DNA of 50,600 bases, from NCBI GenBank assembly GCA_009937385.1, contig JAACFL010000001.1:1-50600 (forward strand). Reading direction: 5' to 3'. The first letter of the stretch is position 1. Each line of letters begins with the position of its first letter. This stretch comes from Gammaproteobacteria bacterium (GTDB lineage: Bacteria; Pseudomonadota; Gammaproteobacteria; QNFN01). A program made the position numbers and the translations under genes. Of the stretch, positions 8,669 through 17,890 are shown piece by piece. Below the pieces are notes generated by a model that was not told the origin of the DNA, made no database searches, and saw nothing but the letters and a program-made list of their open reading frames with translations.

Positions 8669-9859
8669 CTAGCGCTCCCGCAACGCCATCTTGGCGTTGT
8701 ACCAGTTCATGAACAGCGAGATCGTCAGGCTCAGGCTCAGGTAGACCGCCATGGTCATGGCGATGATCTCGACCGCCTGGCCGGTCTGGTTGAGCGTGGT
8801 GCCGGCGAACACCGCGACCAGGTCGGGATAACCGATCGCCGCGGCCAGCGACGAGTTCTTGGTCAGGTTCAGATACTGGCTGGTCAGCGGCGGGATGATC
8901 ACGCGCATCGCCTGCGGAATGATGATCAGCTGCAGCAGCTTGGACTCGCGCAGGCCGAGCGCGCGGGCGGCCTCGGTCTGGCCGTGGGAAACCGACTGGA
9001 TCCCTGCACGCACCGTCTCGGCGATGAACGTGCCGGTGTAGACGGTGAGCGCGAGCGTCAATGCGAACAGTTCTGGCAGCACGCTCAGGCCGCCCTTGAA
9101 GTTGAAGCCACGCAGTTCCGGGTACTCCCAGGTCAGCGGGTTGCCGGCGGCCAGGAACGCAACCAGCGGCAGGCCGACCAGCAGACCGAGCGAGGCCCAG
9201 ACGGTGTGGAACGGCTGGCCGGTGGCGTCCTGGCGACGGTGCGCCCAGCGCACCATGAAGAACACCGCGACGATCGCGATGATCAGTGCCGCGACCACCA
9301 GGCCGAAGCCGTCCTCGGTGACCGGGCGCGGCATGAACAGGCCGCGGTTGTTAAGAAAGAAGACCTCGCCCAGCGCAAGGCTCTCCCTGGGCCGCGGAAA
9401 GTTGATGCCGACGGCGAAGTACCAGAAGAAGATCTGCAGCAGCAGTGGGATGTTACGGAAGATCTCGATGTAGGCGGTCGCGACCCGTGCGACCAGCCAG
9501 TTCTTCGACAGCCGCGCGACGCCCATGACGAAACCAAGCAGTGTTGCGAAGAAGATGCCGAGCACCGAGACCAGCACGGTGTTGAGCAGGCCGACGAAGA
9601 AGGTGCGGCCGTAGCTGTGGGTCTCGTCGTACTCGATCAGCGACTGGGTGACGCCGAAGCCGGACTCTTTTTCGAGGAAGCTGAAGCCGGTCGAGATGCC
9701 ACGCTGTTCCATGTTGTACAGCGTGTTGTTGATCAGGTAGAAGCCGAACATCACGACCGCGCCGACCAGCAGCGCCTGGAACACGATGGCGCGGATCTTG
9801 GGGTCGTTCCAGGGCGCCGGTTTGCCCGGCGTCATCGCGTCGCTCGGCTGATCACTCAT
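8669..9859 (-). CDS. aapQ: Amino-acid ABC transporter permease (AapQ-like)
   Basis: Polytopic permease with the EAA loop GQTEAARALGLRESK. It ends 1 nt before the aapM start. Confidence 0.9.
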   Translation of the reverse strand: MSDQPSDAMTPGKPAPWNDPKIRAIVFQALLVGAVVMFGFYLINNTLYNMEQRGISTGFSFLEKESGFGVTQSLIEYDETHSYGRTFFVGLLNTVLVSVLGIFFATLLGFVMGVARLSKNWLVARVATAYIEIFRNIPLLLQIFFWYFAVGINFPRPRESLALGEVFFLNNRGLFMPRPVTEDGFGLVVAALIIAIVAVFFMVRWAHRRQDATGQPFHTVWASLGLLVGLPLVAFLAAGNPLTWEYPELRGFNFKGGLSVLPELFALTLALTVYTGTFIAETVRAGIQSVSHGQTEAARALGLRESKLLQLIIIPQAMRVIIPPLTSQYLNLTKNSSLAAAIGYPDLVAVFAGTTLNQTGQAVEIIAMTMAVYLSLSLTISLFMNWYNAKMALRER

Positions 9860-9952
9860 CGGACACGGTCTCGGCGTTGTGGGTGCGTGGGACGCGGAAC
9901 GTTATGCAGTAAGGGTGCGGGGCGGGGTCACGCGACCCCGCCCCGACTTCAC

Positions 9953-10972
9953 TCAGCGAATCGGCGGTGCGTACTGGATGCCGCCGTTGTTCCACAGCGC
10001 GTTGAGGCCGCGGGAGATCTTCAGCGGGCTGCCGGAACCGACGTTGCGCTCGAACGCTTCGCCGTAGTTACCGACCTGCTTGACGATGTTGTAGGCCCAC
10101 TCGTCGGCGAGACCGAGGCCCTCGCCCTTGATGCCCTCGAGACCGAGCAGACGGCGGATGTTGGGATCCGAACTGCCCTTCATCTCGTCGACGTTCTTCG
10201 AAGAAACACCGAGCTCCTCGGCGTTGAGCATCGCGTTCAGCGACCAGCGCACGATGTTGAACCAGTCGTCGTCACCCTGGCGCACGACCGGGCCGAGCGG
10301 CTCCTTCGAGATCACCTCGGGCAGCACCATCGCACCGTTCGGGTCGGACAGCTTGATGCGCAGCGCATAGAGCTGCGACTGGTCGGAGGTGAGCACGTCG
10401 CAACGACCCGCCTCGAAGCCCTTCACGGTCTCGTCGGAGGTGTCGTAGGTGATCGGTTCGTACTCCATCTTGTTGGCGCGGAAGTAGTCGGCGAGGTTCA
10501 GCTCGGTGGTGGTGCCGGCCTGGATGCAGACCGAGGCGCCACTGAGCTCCATGGCGCTCTTGACGCCAAGCTTCTTGCTGACCATGAAACCCTGGCCGTC
10601 GTAATAGTTCACGCCGGCGAAGTTCAGACCGAGGTTGGAGTCGCGGGTCAGCGTCCAGGTGGTGTTGCGCGAGAGCATGTCGATCTCGCCCGACTGCAGC
10701 GCGGTGAAGCGCTCTTTGGCGGTCAGCGGTGAGAACTTGACCTTGCCGGCATCACCGAACAGGGCGGCGGCGACGGCCTTGCAGACGTCGACGTCGAGAC
10801 CACCCCAGTTGCCCTTGTCGTCGGCAACCGAGAAGCCGGGCAGGCCGGTGGAAACGCCGCACTGGACGAAGCCCTTGGCCTTGACGGCGTCGAGCGTCTC
10901 GCCCGCCTGGGCCGTGCCTACGGCGATCGACAGTGCAAGCGCCGGAATGGCAGATACGAGGAGTTTTTTCAT
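9953..10972 (-). CDS. aapJ: Amino-acid ABC transporter periplasmic substrate-binding protein (AapJ-like)
   Basis: The internal ATG at 10972 gives the signal peptide MKKLLVSAIPALALSIAVGTAQA. The mature sequence is family-3 SBP-like. The upstream part of the track ORF is Arg/Pro-rich junk. Confidence 0.9.
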   Translation of the reverse strand: MKKLLVSAIPALALSIAVGTAQAGETLDAVKAKGFVQCGVSTGLPGFSVADDKGNWGGLDVDVCKAVAAALFGDAGKVKFSPLTAKERFTALQSGEIDMLSRNTTWTLTRDSNLGLNFAGVNYYDGQGFMVSKKLGVKSAMELSGASVCIQAGTTTELNLADYFRANKMEYEPITYDTSDETVKGFEAGRCDVLTSDQSQLYALRIKLSDPNGAMVLPEVISKEPLGPVVRQGDDDWFNIVRWSLNAMLNAEELGVSSKNVDEMKGSSDPNIRRLLGLEGIKGEGLGLADEWAYNIVKQVGNYGEAFERNVGSGSPLKISRGLNALWNNGGIQYAPPIR

Positions 10973-11238
10973 CTGATACACCTTATTTTCTCTGGTGGTG
11001 AAAACGCCGTGTTTAGGCACGACCATCGTACGCGCCCATCCTTGGGTTACCAAAACGAGACGTCGCCCGGGTCGGCGCGGGGCACCGATCGGCAAACGAT
11101 GCGGGTGCATGGCCGGAACCGGCGGGAAACCGCCTCCCTGTTCCTTTCATGCGATTGCCATCAACGGTAGTCCATTTTGGCCAGCCATGCGCGCATGTCC
11201 ATTGATGGAAGACAATAACCGCAATGAAATGAGGCATC

Positions 11239-12006
11239 TCAACCGGGCAGCTTGAGGGTCTCACGGGCGTTGCGCGTGGTCTGTTCAGCGACCTCCCGCG
11301 GGCTGCAATCGCGCACTTCAGCGAGTGCCTCGAGCACCTCGGGCAGGTAGGCGGGGCTGTTGCGCTCGCCACGGTGGCTGGCCACGGCGAGGTCCGGGGC
11401 ATCGGTCTCCAGGACCGGAGCCTCGTCCGGCAGGTCGCGTGCCAGCGTGCGCAACTTCCGCGAACGCTCGAAGGTCAGCATGCCGCCGAAACCGAGACGG
11501 AAGCCGAGATCGAGGTACTGCCCGGCCTGTTGCAGGCTGCCGTTGAAGGCGTGCGCGATGCCGCCCGGCACCGGCGTGCGCCGCAGCGCGGCGAGCATCT
11601 CGTCGTGCGCCTTGCGCACGTGCAGCAGCACCGGCAACTGCGCCGCGGCCGCGATCGCCAGCTGCGCGTCGAGCAATGCGCGCTGGCGGTCGCGGTCGAG
11701 GTCCGGCACGAAGTAGTCGAGACCGATCTCGCCGACCGCGACCGCATCCCCCAGGGCCAGCTCCTCCTCGAGCGCCCGCAGATCGGCATCGGCATGGTCG
11801 GCGACGTAGACCGGGTGCAGGCCGAACGCGACGTGCAGGTCGGCGTGGGCAGCGCACAGCGCACGCAGACGCGGCCAGCCGGCGGCCGCGATCGCCGGCA
11901 CGACGATGCCGCGCAGCCCCGCGGCGCGGCTTGCCGCGAGCACCGCGTCGCGGTCGGCGTCGAAGGCGTCGACATCGAGGTGACAGTGGGTGTCGATCAG
12001 CTCCAG
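11239..12006 (-). CDS. TatD-family metal-dependent hydrolase, probably using a CTG start
   Basis: The conserved N-terminal LIDTHCHLD motif lies upstream of the first in-frame ATG/GTG (11943). The only candidates after the upstream stop (12067-12069) are CTG at 12006 (GGGAG 7 nt upstream) and CTG at 12000. The 255-aa length fits TatD. Confidence 0.8.
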   Translation of the reverse strand: MELIDTHCHLDVDAFDADRDAVLAASRAAGLRGIVVPAIAAAGWPRLRALCAAHADLHVAFGLHPVYVADHADADLRALEEELALGDAVAVGEIGLDYFVPDLDRDRQRALLDAQLAIAAAAQLPVLLHVRKAHDEMLAALRRTPVPGGIAHAFNGSLQQAGQYLDLGFRLGFGGMLTFERSRKLRTLARDLPDEAPVLETDAPDLAVASHRGERNSPAYLPEVLEALAEVRDCSPREVAEQTTRNARETLKLPG

Positions 12007-12028
12007 TGCACCGCTCCCGGTCCCCGGC

Positions 12029-12853
12029 TCAGACCAGTGTAGGCCGCGCCCCGGGGCGTGCCCGCCCTACGCGCCGGATCACCAGGCGGTTGAGCAGGTG
12101 TCCCGCGGCGACCATGCCGAAGCTGGCGGTGACGGTGACCACCGAGCCGTAGCCCGAGTCGCAGTCCAGCGTCGCGCCGTGCACGCCGGGCTTGTGGTGG
12201 CCGACGCTGCCGTCGGCTCGCGGATAGAGCGGCTGCTCGGTCGAGAACACGCAGTCGACGCCGAAGCGCCGTTTCGGGTTCCGCGTCCAACCGAACTCGC
12301 TGCGCAGGCGCGAGCGCACCTTGGCCGCCAGCGGATCGTTCCAGGTGCGGCTGAGGTCGGCGACCTCGATCCGCGTCGGGTCGGTCAGTCCGCCGGCACC
12401 GCCGGTGGTGACGACCGCGATCTTGCGCCGTCGGCAGAACTGCACCAGCGCCGCCTTGAAGCGGATCGCGTCGATCGCATCGATGACGCCGTCGAGGTCG
12501 GCGAGGTGGCGCTCCAGCGTCGCCGGGGTCAGCGGCTCGTCACGTGCATCGACCACGCACGCCGGGTGGATCGCGGCGATGCGCTCGGCGAGCACCGCGA
12601 CCTTGGCGCGGCCGAAGCTGCCGTCGAGGGCGTGCAGCTGGCGGTTGACGTTGGACGGTGCGACGTCGTCGGGATCGATCAGGCGCAGCCGGCCGACCCC
12701 GCTGCGCGCCAGCGCCTCGACGGCCCAGGAGCCGACACCACCGACCCCGACCACGCCGATCGCCAGATCGCGTATCGCCTCCGCGCCGGCCCGGCCGTAG
12801 AGCCGGGCCACCGCGGCGAAGCGCGCGGCGTGGTCGTCGATGGCGTCGTTCAT
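12029..12853 (-). CDS. tcdA: tRNA threonylcarbamoyladenosine dehydratase (ThiF/MoeB-like, TcdA/CsdL)
   Basis: Start at MNDAIDDHAARF. Contains GVVGVGGVGSWAVEALARSGVGRLRLIDPDDVAPSNVNRQ, the E1-like Rossmann motif, and a TcdA-type C-terminus. Confidence 0.85.
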   Translation of the reverse strand: MNDAIDDHAARFAAVARLYGRAGAEAIRDLAIGVVGVGGVGSWAVEALARSGVGRLRLIDPDDVAPSNVNRQLHALDGSFGRAKVAVLAERIAAIHPACVVDARDEPLTPATLERHLADLDGVIDAIDAIRFKAALVQFCRRRKIAVVTTGGAGGLTDPTRIEVADLSRTWNDPLAAKVRSRLRSEFGWTRNPKRRFGVDCVFSTEQPLYPRADGSVGHHKPGVHGATLDCDSGYGSVVTVTASFGMVAAGHLLNRLVIRRVGRARPGARPTLV

Positions 12854-13018
12854 GCCGGTGTCCACCTGGGCTTCGCGGGTGGGCCACACCCGACCCGTGC
12901 ATGGTAATCGCATCCGTGCCGCGCGGCGCACGCCTTTACACCGGAAGGGGTGCTGGCTAACTTGGCGCGCAGACGGTGGCATGGAATCCTCCCGCTGCCA
13001 CGGAGTCCAATCCACTTC

Positions 13019-14254
13019 ATGCAATTCGCCAGACTCAAGCGCCTCGCACCACCGGTCGCGATCCTCGTCGCCGCGTTCGCCGTGTTCGCCTGGCTGCGCG
13101 CCAGCAAACCGGAGCAGGCACCGCCGCAGCCGCAGGAGAAGGTGTGGCGCGTCGAAATCGCCGAGGCCGCACCGGCGCGTCGCTCCCCGGCGCTGACCCT
13201 CTACGGCCGCGTCGAGACCCCGACCCGGGTGCGCCCCGCAGCACCCGGGGCCGGGGTGGTGACCGAGGTGCCGGCGCGCGAAGGACAACGCTTCACCACC
13301 GGCACACTGCTGCTGGCGCTCGACTCGCGCGACTTCGCCCCGGGCGTGGCCCAGGCCCGCGCCGAACTCGCCGACCTCGAGGCCCAGCTCGATGCCGAGC
13401 GTCTTCGGGTCCGCGCCGACCGCACGGCCCTGGAGCAGGAGCGCGTGCTTCTGGCGCTGGCCGAGGCGGCGGTCGAGCGCGCACAGCGGCTGAAATCACG
13501 CGAGCTCGGCTCGGACACCGCGCTCGACGATGCCAGCAGCACACTGGGCCGCCAGCGCCTCGCGGTGACCACGCGCCGGCTGGCGGTCGACAGCGCCGAC
13601 GCCCGCCTCGCGCAGCTCGAGGCGCGCCGGTCACGCCAACAGGCCACGCTCGAGGCGACCGAGCTGGCGCTCGAGCGCAGCCGCGTCGTGGCACCGTTCG
13701 ACGGCATCGTCGCCACCGTGCATGTCGCGCCCGGCGACCGTGTGCAGGCCGGCAACGCGCTGCTCGAGATCTACCCGGTCGACGCGCTCGAGGTGCGGGC
13801 ACGGGTCGCGCAGCGCTTCCAGCAGGAGCTGCTGGTCGCGCTCGAGGAGGGCAATTCGCTGCGGGCGCGCGTCAAGATCGCCGGTCGCATGCACGAGCTG
13901 CCCCTGACCCGCGTCGCCGGGATCGGCGATCCGAGCGGCATCGACGTCTTCTTCGCGCTGCCGAACGCCACCGGCGTGCGCCTCGGGGCGCTGCTCGACC
14001 TGGCGCTGCTGCGCCCGGCGGTCGAAGACGCCGTGGTCGTGCCGTACCGCGCGCTGTACGGCAACGGGCGCGTCTACCTGCTGCGCGACGGACGCATGGC
14101 GGGGGTCGACGTCGAACTGCTCGGCCCGGCGGCCGACGGCGATGTGTCGCTGGCACTGGTGCGCGGTGCCGAGCTCGCCGCGGGTGACCGGGTCATCGTC
14201 ACCCATCTTCCGAACGCCATCGACGGCCTGCCGGTGCAGCCGCTGGCACGGTGA
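13019..14254 (+). CDS. RND efflux periplasmic adaptor (membrane fusion protein, HlyD family)
   Basis: The internal ATG gives MQFARLKRLAPPVAILVAAFAVFAWL (an N-terminal anchor). This is followed by coiled-coil Ala/Leu/Arg-rich hairpin and beta-barrel segments. Its stop overlaps the RND pump start. Confidence 0.85.
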   Translation: MQFARLKRLAPPVAILVAAFAVFAWLRASKPEQAPPQPQEKVWRVEIAEAAPARRSPALTLYGRVETPTRVRPAAPGAGVVTEVPAREGQRFTTGTLLLALDSRDFAPGVAQARAELADLEAQLDAERLRVRADRTALEQERVLLALAEAAVERAQRLKSRELGSDTALDDASSTLGRQRLAVTTRRLAVDSADARLAQLEARRSRQQATLEATELALERSRVVAPFDGIVATVHVAPGDRVQAGNALLEIYPVDALEVRARVAQRFQQELLVALEEGNSLRARVKIAGRMHELPLTRVAGIGDPSGIDVFFALPNATGVRLGALLDLALLRPAVEDAVVVPYRALYGNGRVYLLRDGRMAGVDVELLGPAADGDVSLALVRGAELAAGDRVIVTHLPNAIDGLPVQPLAR

Positions 14255-17200
14255 GCACGTCACGCGACCTGCTCGGCACGTTCGCCCACCACCGCGTCGC
14301 GGCGAACCTGCTGATGGTGCTGATGCTGCTCTCCGGCGTCTTCGCGCTGCGCCAGCTCAACGTCCAGTTCTTCCCCGATTTCGAGCTCGAGGTGGTCACC
14401 GTGACCACGGCGTGGAGCGGCGCCAGCGCCGAGGATGTCGAGATCGGCATCACCCTCCCCCTCGAGCAGCGGCTGCGCACCGTCGATCACCTCGAGGAGA
14501 TGAGCTCGACCTCAGCACCGGGCACCTCCGGTATCACGCTCGAGTTCGACGAGGGCACCGACATGGTGCTCGCGCTGGAGCAGGTCAAGCAGCGCGTCGA
14601 CGATTTCCTCAACCTGCCGGGCGACGCCGAGGACCCGGTGGTGATCCACCCGGCACGCTACGAGCCGGTCGCCAGCCTGCGCCTGAGCGGCCCGGAGGAC
14701 CTCGGCGAGCTGCGCCGCCTGGCACGGCGCATGGAGCGCGAGCTGCTCGCGCGTGGCATCGATCGCATCGACATCGACGGCCTGCCCGACGAAGCGATCC
14801 GCATCGCTTTCGACCCGGTCGACCTGCAGCGCCTCGGCCTCGATCTGGAGGAGGTCGCCGCGCGCATCGACCGCCTGAGCCGCGACCTGCCGGCCGGGCT
14901 GGCCGGCAGCGACGACAGCGCGCGCGAGCTGCGCAGCCTCGACCAGCGCCGTGACCCGGCCGGCTTCGCGAATCTGCCGCTGGTCGGCGAGGGTGCCGCG
15001 CGCATCGACCTCGGCGCGGTCGCGCAGATCACCCGCGAGCCGATGGAGCGCCAGCCCGAGATCAGCGTCGGTGGCCAGCGCGCCATCGTGCTCAAGCTGT
15101 CGCGCACCGCCGCCGGCGATTCGCTGGAGGCGGCGCGCGTGCTCGACGCGTGGTTCACCGAGACCCGGCCAACGCTGCCGCCGGGTGTCGAGCTCGAGGT
15201 GTTCAGCGAACGCTGGGAGCTGATCCTCGACCGCATCAACGTGCTGCTCAAGAACGGCGCGGGCGGCCTGCTGCTGGTGCTGATCACGCTGTTCCTGTTC
15301 CTCTCCGGGCGCGTCGCCTTCTGGGTCGCGGTCGGCATCCCGGTCTCGTTCATGGCCACCCTGGCGGTGCTCTACCTGGCCGGCGGCAGCATCAACATGG
15401 TCAGCCTGTTCGCGCTGATCATGGGGCTCGGCATCATCGTCGACGACGCCATCGTGGTCGGCGAAGACGCCCAGGCGCACCACGACATGGGCGAGGACCC
15501 GCTGCGAGCCGCCGAGGGCGGAGCCCGGCGCATGCTCGGCCCGGTGCTCGCGTCGTCGCTGACCACCGTCGCCGCGTTCCTGCCGCTGATGCTGGTCGGT
15601 GGCGTGATGGGCAACATCCTGTCGACCATCCCGCTGGTGATCGTCAGCGTGATCCTCGCCTCGCTGATCGAGAGTTTCCTGATCCTGCCGGGCCACCTGC
15701 GCGGCGCCTTCCGCCACGCCCACCAGCCCCGCCCCCTGCGCGAGCGCCTCGACGCGGCGTTCGAACGTTTCCGCGAGCAGCGCTTCCGTCCGCTGATCGA
15801 CCTGGCGCTGCGCCACCGCGCCAGCACGCTCGCTGTCGCGGTGGCCTGCCTGGTGCTCGCGGTCGGCCTGCTCGCCGGCGGGCGCCTGAGCTGGGTCTTC
15901 TTCCCGTCGCCGGAGTCGACCACGCTGAACGCCAACGTGCGCTTCGTCGCCGGCACGCCGCGCGCCACGGTCGACCGCTTCCTCGCCCACCTGGAGACGA
16001 CGCTCAAGGCCACCGACGCCGATCTCGGCCCCGGCGTACTGGCCACCCACTACGTCTCGCACGGCGCCTCCACCGGACGTGGGCGCAGCCGCGACGGCGA
16101 GCGCATCGGCGGGCTGTTCGTCGAGCTCGTCGCGCCCGACGCGCGCACGGTGCGCAACCGCGAGTTCATCAATGCCTGGCGCGAACGGGTCGCGGTGCCG
16201 CATGGCGTCGAGAGCTTCACGATCAGCGAGCAGCGCACCGGCCCGGTCAGTCGCGACCTCGAGATCCGGCTCGCCGGTGACGATCCCGAGCGGGTCAAGC
16301 AGGCGGCGCTGGCGCTGGGCGAGGCGCTCGCCGCGTTGCCCGGGGTGAGCGCCATCGACGACGACCTGCCCTATGGGCGCGAACAGCTGATCTACCGGCT
16401 CAGCCCGGCTGGACACGCGCTCGGCCTGACCATCACCGACCTCGGCCGGCAGTTGCGTGCCGCCTACGACGGCCTGCGGGTGCAGCGCTTCCAGGACGGT
16501 CCCGACGAGGTCGAGGTGCGGGTCGAGCTGAGCCGCGAGATCCAGCGTCGCATGCGCCACCTCGAGCAGCTGCCGATCCAGCTGCCCGACGGGCGCTTCG
16601 CGCCGCTTGGCAGCGTCGCCGACTGGACCTCGAAGCGCGGCTTCGAGACGCTGCGCCATGCCGACGGCCGCCTGGCGGCGACGGTCACCGCCGACATCGA
16701 CAGCGCGGTCAACAACACCGAGCGCGTAACCCAGGCGCTGGCTGACGGAACGCTGCCACGGCTGGCCGCGCTGTACGGCGTGGAGTTCTCGCTCGAGGGC
16801 GGCACGGCGCGCCAGGCCGACGCGCTCGGCGACCTGCGCACCGGCATGCTGCTCGGGCTGCTGCTGATCTACATCGTGCTCGCGTGGGTGTTCAGCAGCT
16901 ACGGCTGGCCGCTGATCGTCATGAGCGCGATCCCGTTCGGCCTGACCGGCGCGGTGTTCGGTCACTGGCTGCTGGGCATGGACCTGACGCTGCTGTCGCT
17001 GTTCGGCTTCTTCGGCCTGTCCGGCATCGTGGTCAACGACTCGATCATCCTGGTGACCTTCTACCAGCGCCTGCGCAACGAGGGCTATGCGGTGCACGAA
17101 GCGCTGGTCGAGGCGGCCTGCCAGCGCCTGCGCGCGGTGCTGCTGACCTCGCTGACCACCATCGCCGGGCTGACGCCGCTGCTGTTCGAGACCTCGACCC

Positions 17201-17352
17201 AGGCACAGTTCCTGATCCCGATGGCGGTGTCGATCGCCTTTGGCCTGGCGTTCGCGACACTGCTGATCCTGCTGGTGGTGCCGACCATGCTGTCGATCTA
17301 CGAACAGCTGCACGCGCGCTACGCAGGGACGCTGGCAGACCAGCCCACCTGA
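14251..17352 (+). CDS. RND efflux transporter permease (AcrB/AcrD/AcrF family, 1033 aa)
   Basis: Twelve-TM two-fold repeat architecture with large periplasmic loops. Typical motifs include GLGIIVDDAIVVGE and SGIVVNDSIILV. Confidence 0.92.
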   Translation: MSTSRDLLGTFAHHRVAANLLMVLMLLSGVFALRQLNVQFFPDFELEVVTVTTAWSGASAEDVEIGITLPLEQRLRTVDHLEEMSSTSAPGTSGITLEFDEGTDMVLALEQVKQRVDDFLNLPGDAEDPVVIHPARYEPVASLRLSGPEDLGELRRLARRMERELLARGIDRIDIDGLPDEAIRIAFDPVDLQRLGLDLEEVAARIDRLSRDLPAGLAGSDDSARELRSLDQRRDPAGFANLPLVGEGAARIDLGAVAQITREPMERQPEISVGGQRAIVLKLSRTAAGDSLEAARVLDAWFTETRPTLPPGVELEVFSERWELILDRINVLLKNGAGGLLLVLITLFLFLSGRVAFWVAVGIPVSFMATLAVLYLAGGSINMVSLFALIMGLGIIVDDAIVVGEDAQAHHDMGEDPLRAAEGGARRMLGPVLASSLTTVAAFLPLMLVGGVMGNILSTIPLVIVSVILASLIESFLILPGHLRGAFRHAHQPRPLRERLDAAFERFREQRFRPLIDLALRHRASTLAVAVACLVLAVGLLAGGRLSWVFFPSPESTTLNANVRFVAGTPRATVDRFLAHLETTLKATDADLGPGVLATHYVSHGASTGRGRSRDGERIGGLFVELVAPDARTVRNREFINAWRERVAVPHGVESFTISEQRTGPVSRDLEIRLAGDDPERVKQAALALGEALAALPGVSAIDDDLPYGREQLIYRLSPAGHALGLTITDLGRQLRAAYDGLRVQRFQDGPDEVEVRVELSREIQRRMRHLEQLPIQLPDGRFAPLGSVADWTSKRGFETLRHADGRLAATVTADIDSAVNNTERVTQALADGTLPRLAALYGVEFSLEGGTARQADALGDLRTGMLLGLLLIYIVLAWVFSSYGWPLIVMSAIPFGLTGAVFGHWLLGMDLTLLSLFGFFGLSGIVVNDSIILVTFYQRLRNEGYAVHEALVEAACQRLRAVLLTSLTTIAGLTPLLFETSTQAQFLIPMAVSIAFGLAFATLLILLVVPTMLSIYEQLHARYAGTLADQPT

Positions 17353-17419
17353 CCGGGGTCAGCGCAGCCCGCGAACCCGCCCCCTACCCTTGTCGCGAGC
17401 CCAGACCAGGAGCCGAGAG

Positions 17420-17737
17420 ATGGACGACCGCACGCAAACCGAGATCGAGGCCGCCGCGTTCCGTGGCCTGGTGGCGCACCTGCGCGAGCGCACCGACGTG
17501 CAGAACATCGACCTGATGAATCTCGCCGGGTTCTGCCGCAACTGCCTCGCCAAGTGGTACCGAGCAGCGGCCGCCGAGCGCGGCGTCGAACTCAGCGACC
17601 CGGAAGCGCGCGAGATCATCTACGGCATGCCGTTCCCGGAATGGAAGGCGCAGTATCAGGCCGAGGCGAGCGCGGAGCAGATGCAGCGCTTCGACGAGAC
17701 CAAGCCGCTGCACGCCAAGATCAGCGGGCATCTCTGA
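17420..17737 (+). CDS. DUF1244-family protein
   Basis: AAFRGLVAHLRERTDVQNIDLMNLAGFCRNCLAKWY matches my recollection of DUF1244. The ATG at 17420 has AGGAG 7 nt upstream. Confidence 0.8.
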   Translation: MDDRTQTEIEAAAFRGLVAHLRERTDVQNIDLMNLAGFCRNCLAKWYRAAAAERGVELSDPEAREIIYGMPFPEWKAQYQAEASAEQMQRFDETKPLHAKISGHL

Positions 17738-17779
17738 ACGGACGTTCCGGATGCGTCCATCCCGGACGCCCCGGAACAC

Positions 17780-17854
17780 GGCAGGACAAGACGCGGTCTC
17801 GTCCTGCCTCCATTTCGCGCTGGTGCGCGAAATGCCGACACATCCCTGTGTCGG
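17780..17854. terminator. Three back-to-back GC-rich hairpins between convergent genes (probable bidirectional terminator or REP-like element)
   Basis: Hairpin 1: GGCAGGAC(17780-87)...GTCCTGCC(17801-08). Hairpin 2: CATTTCGCGC(17811-20)-TGGT-GCGCGAAATG(17825-34), a perfect 10-bp stem. Hairpin 3: CCGACACA(17835-42)-TCCC-TGTGTCGG(17847-54), a perfect 8-bp stem. Confidence 0.45.
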
Positions 17855-17890
17855 GGCCGCCCTGGCTTGGTCTCGGCACGCCGACCCAGA

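Noticed and set aside
8585-10732. 715-aa plus-strand ORF spanning the aapQ/aapJ region
   Set aside because: It is antisense to two strongly recognisable transporter genes. Its translation is Arg/Ala/Gly/Asp-rich with no motifs, which is the typical high-GC shadow ORF.
14512-17313. 933-aa minus-strand ORF opposite the RND pump
   Set aside because: It is antisense to a canonical AcrB-family gene. Its composition is dominated by R/A/G/D/Q/H and it has no domain signature.
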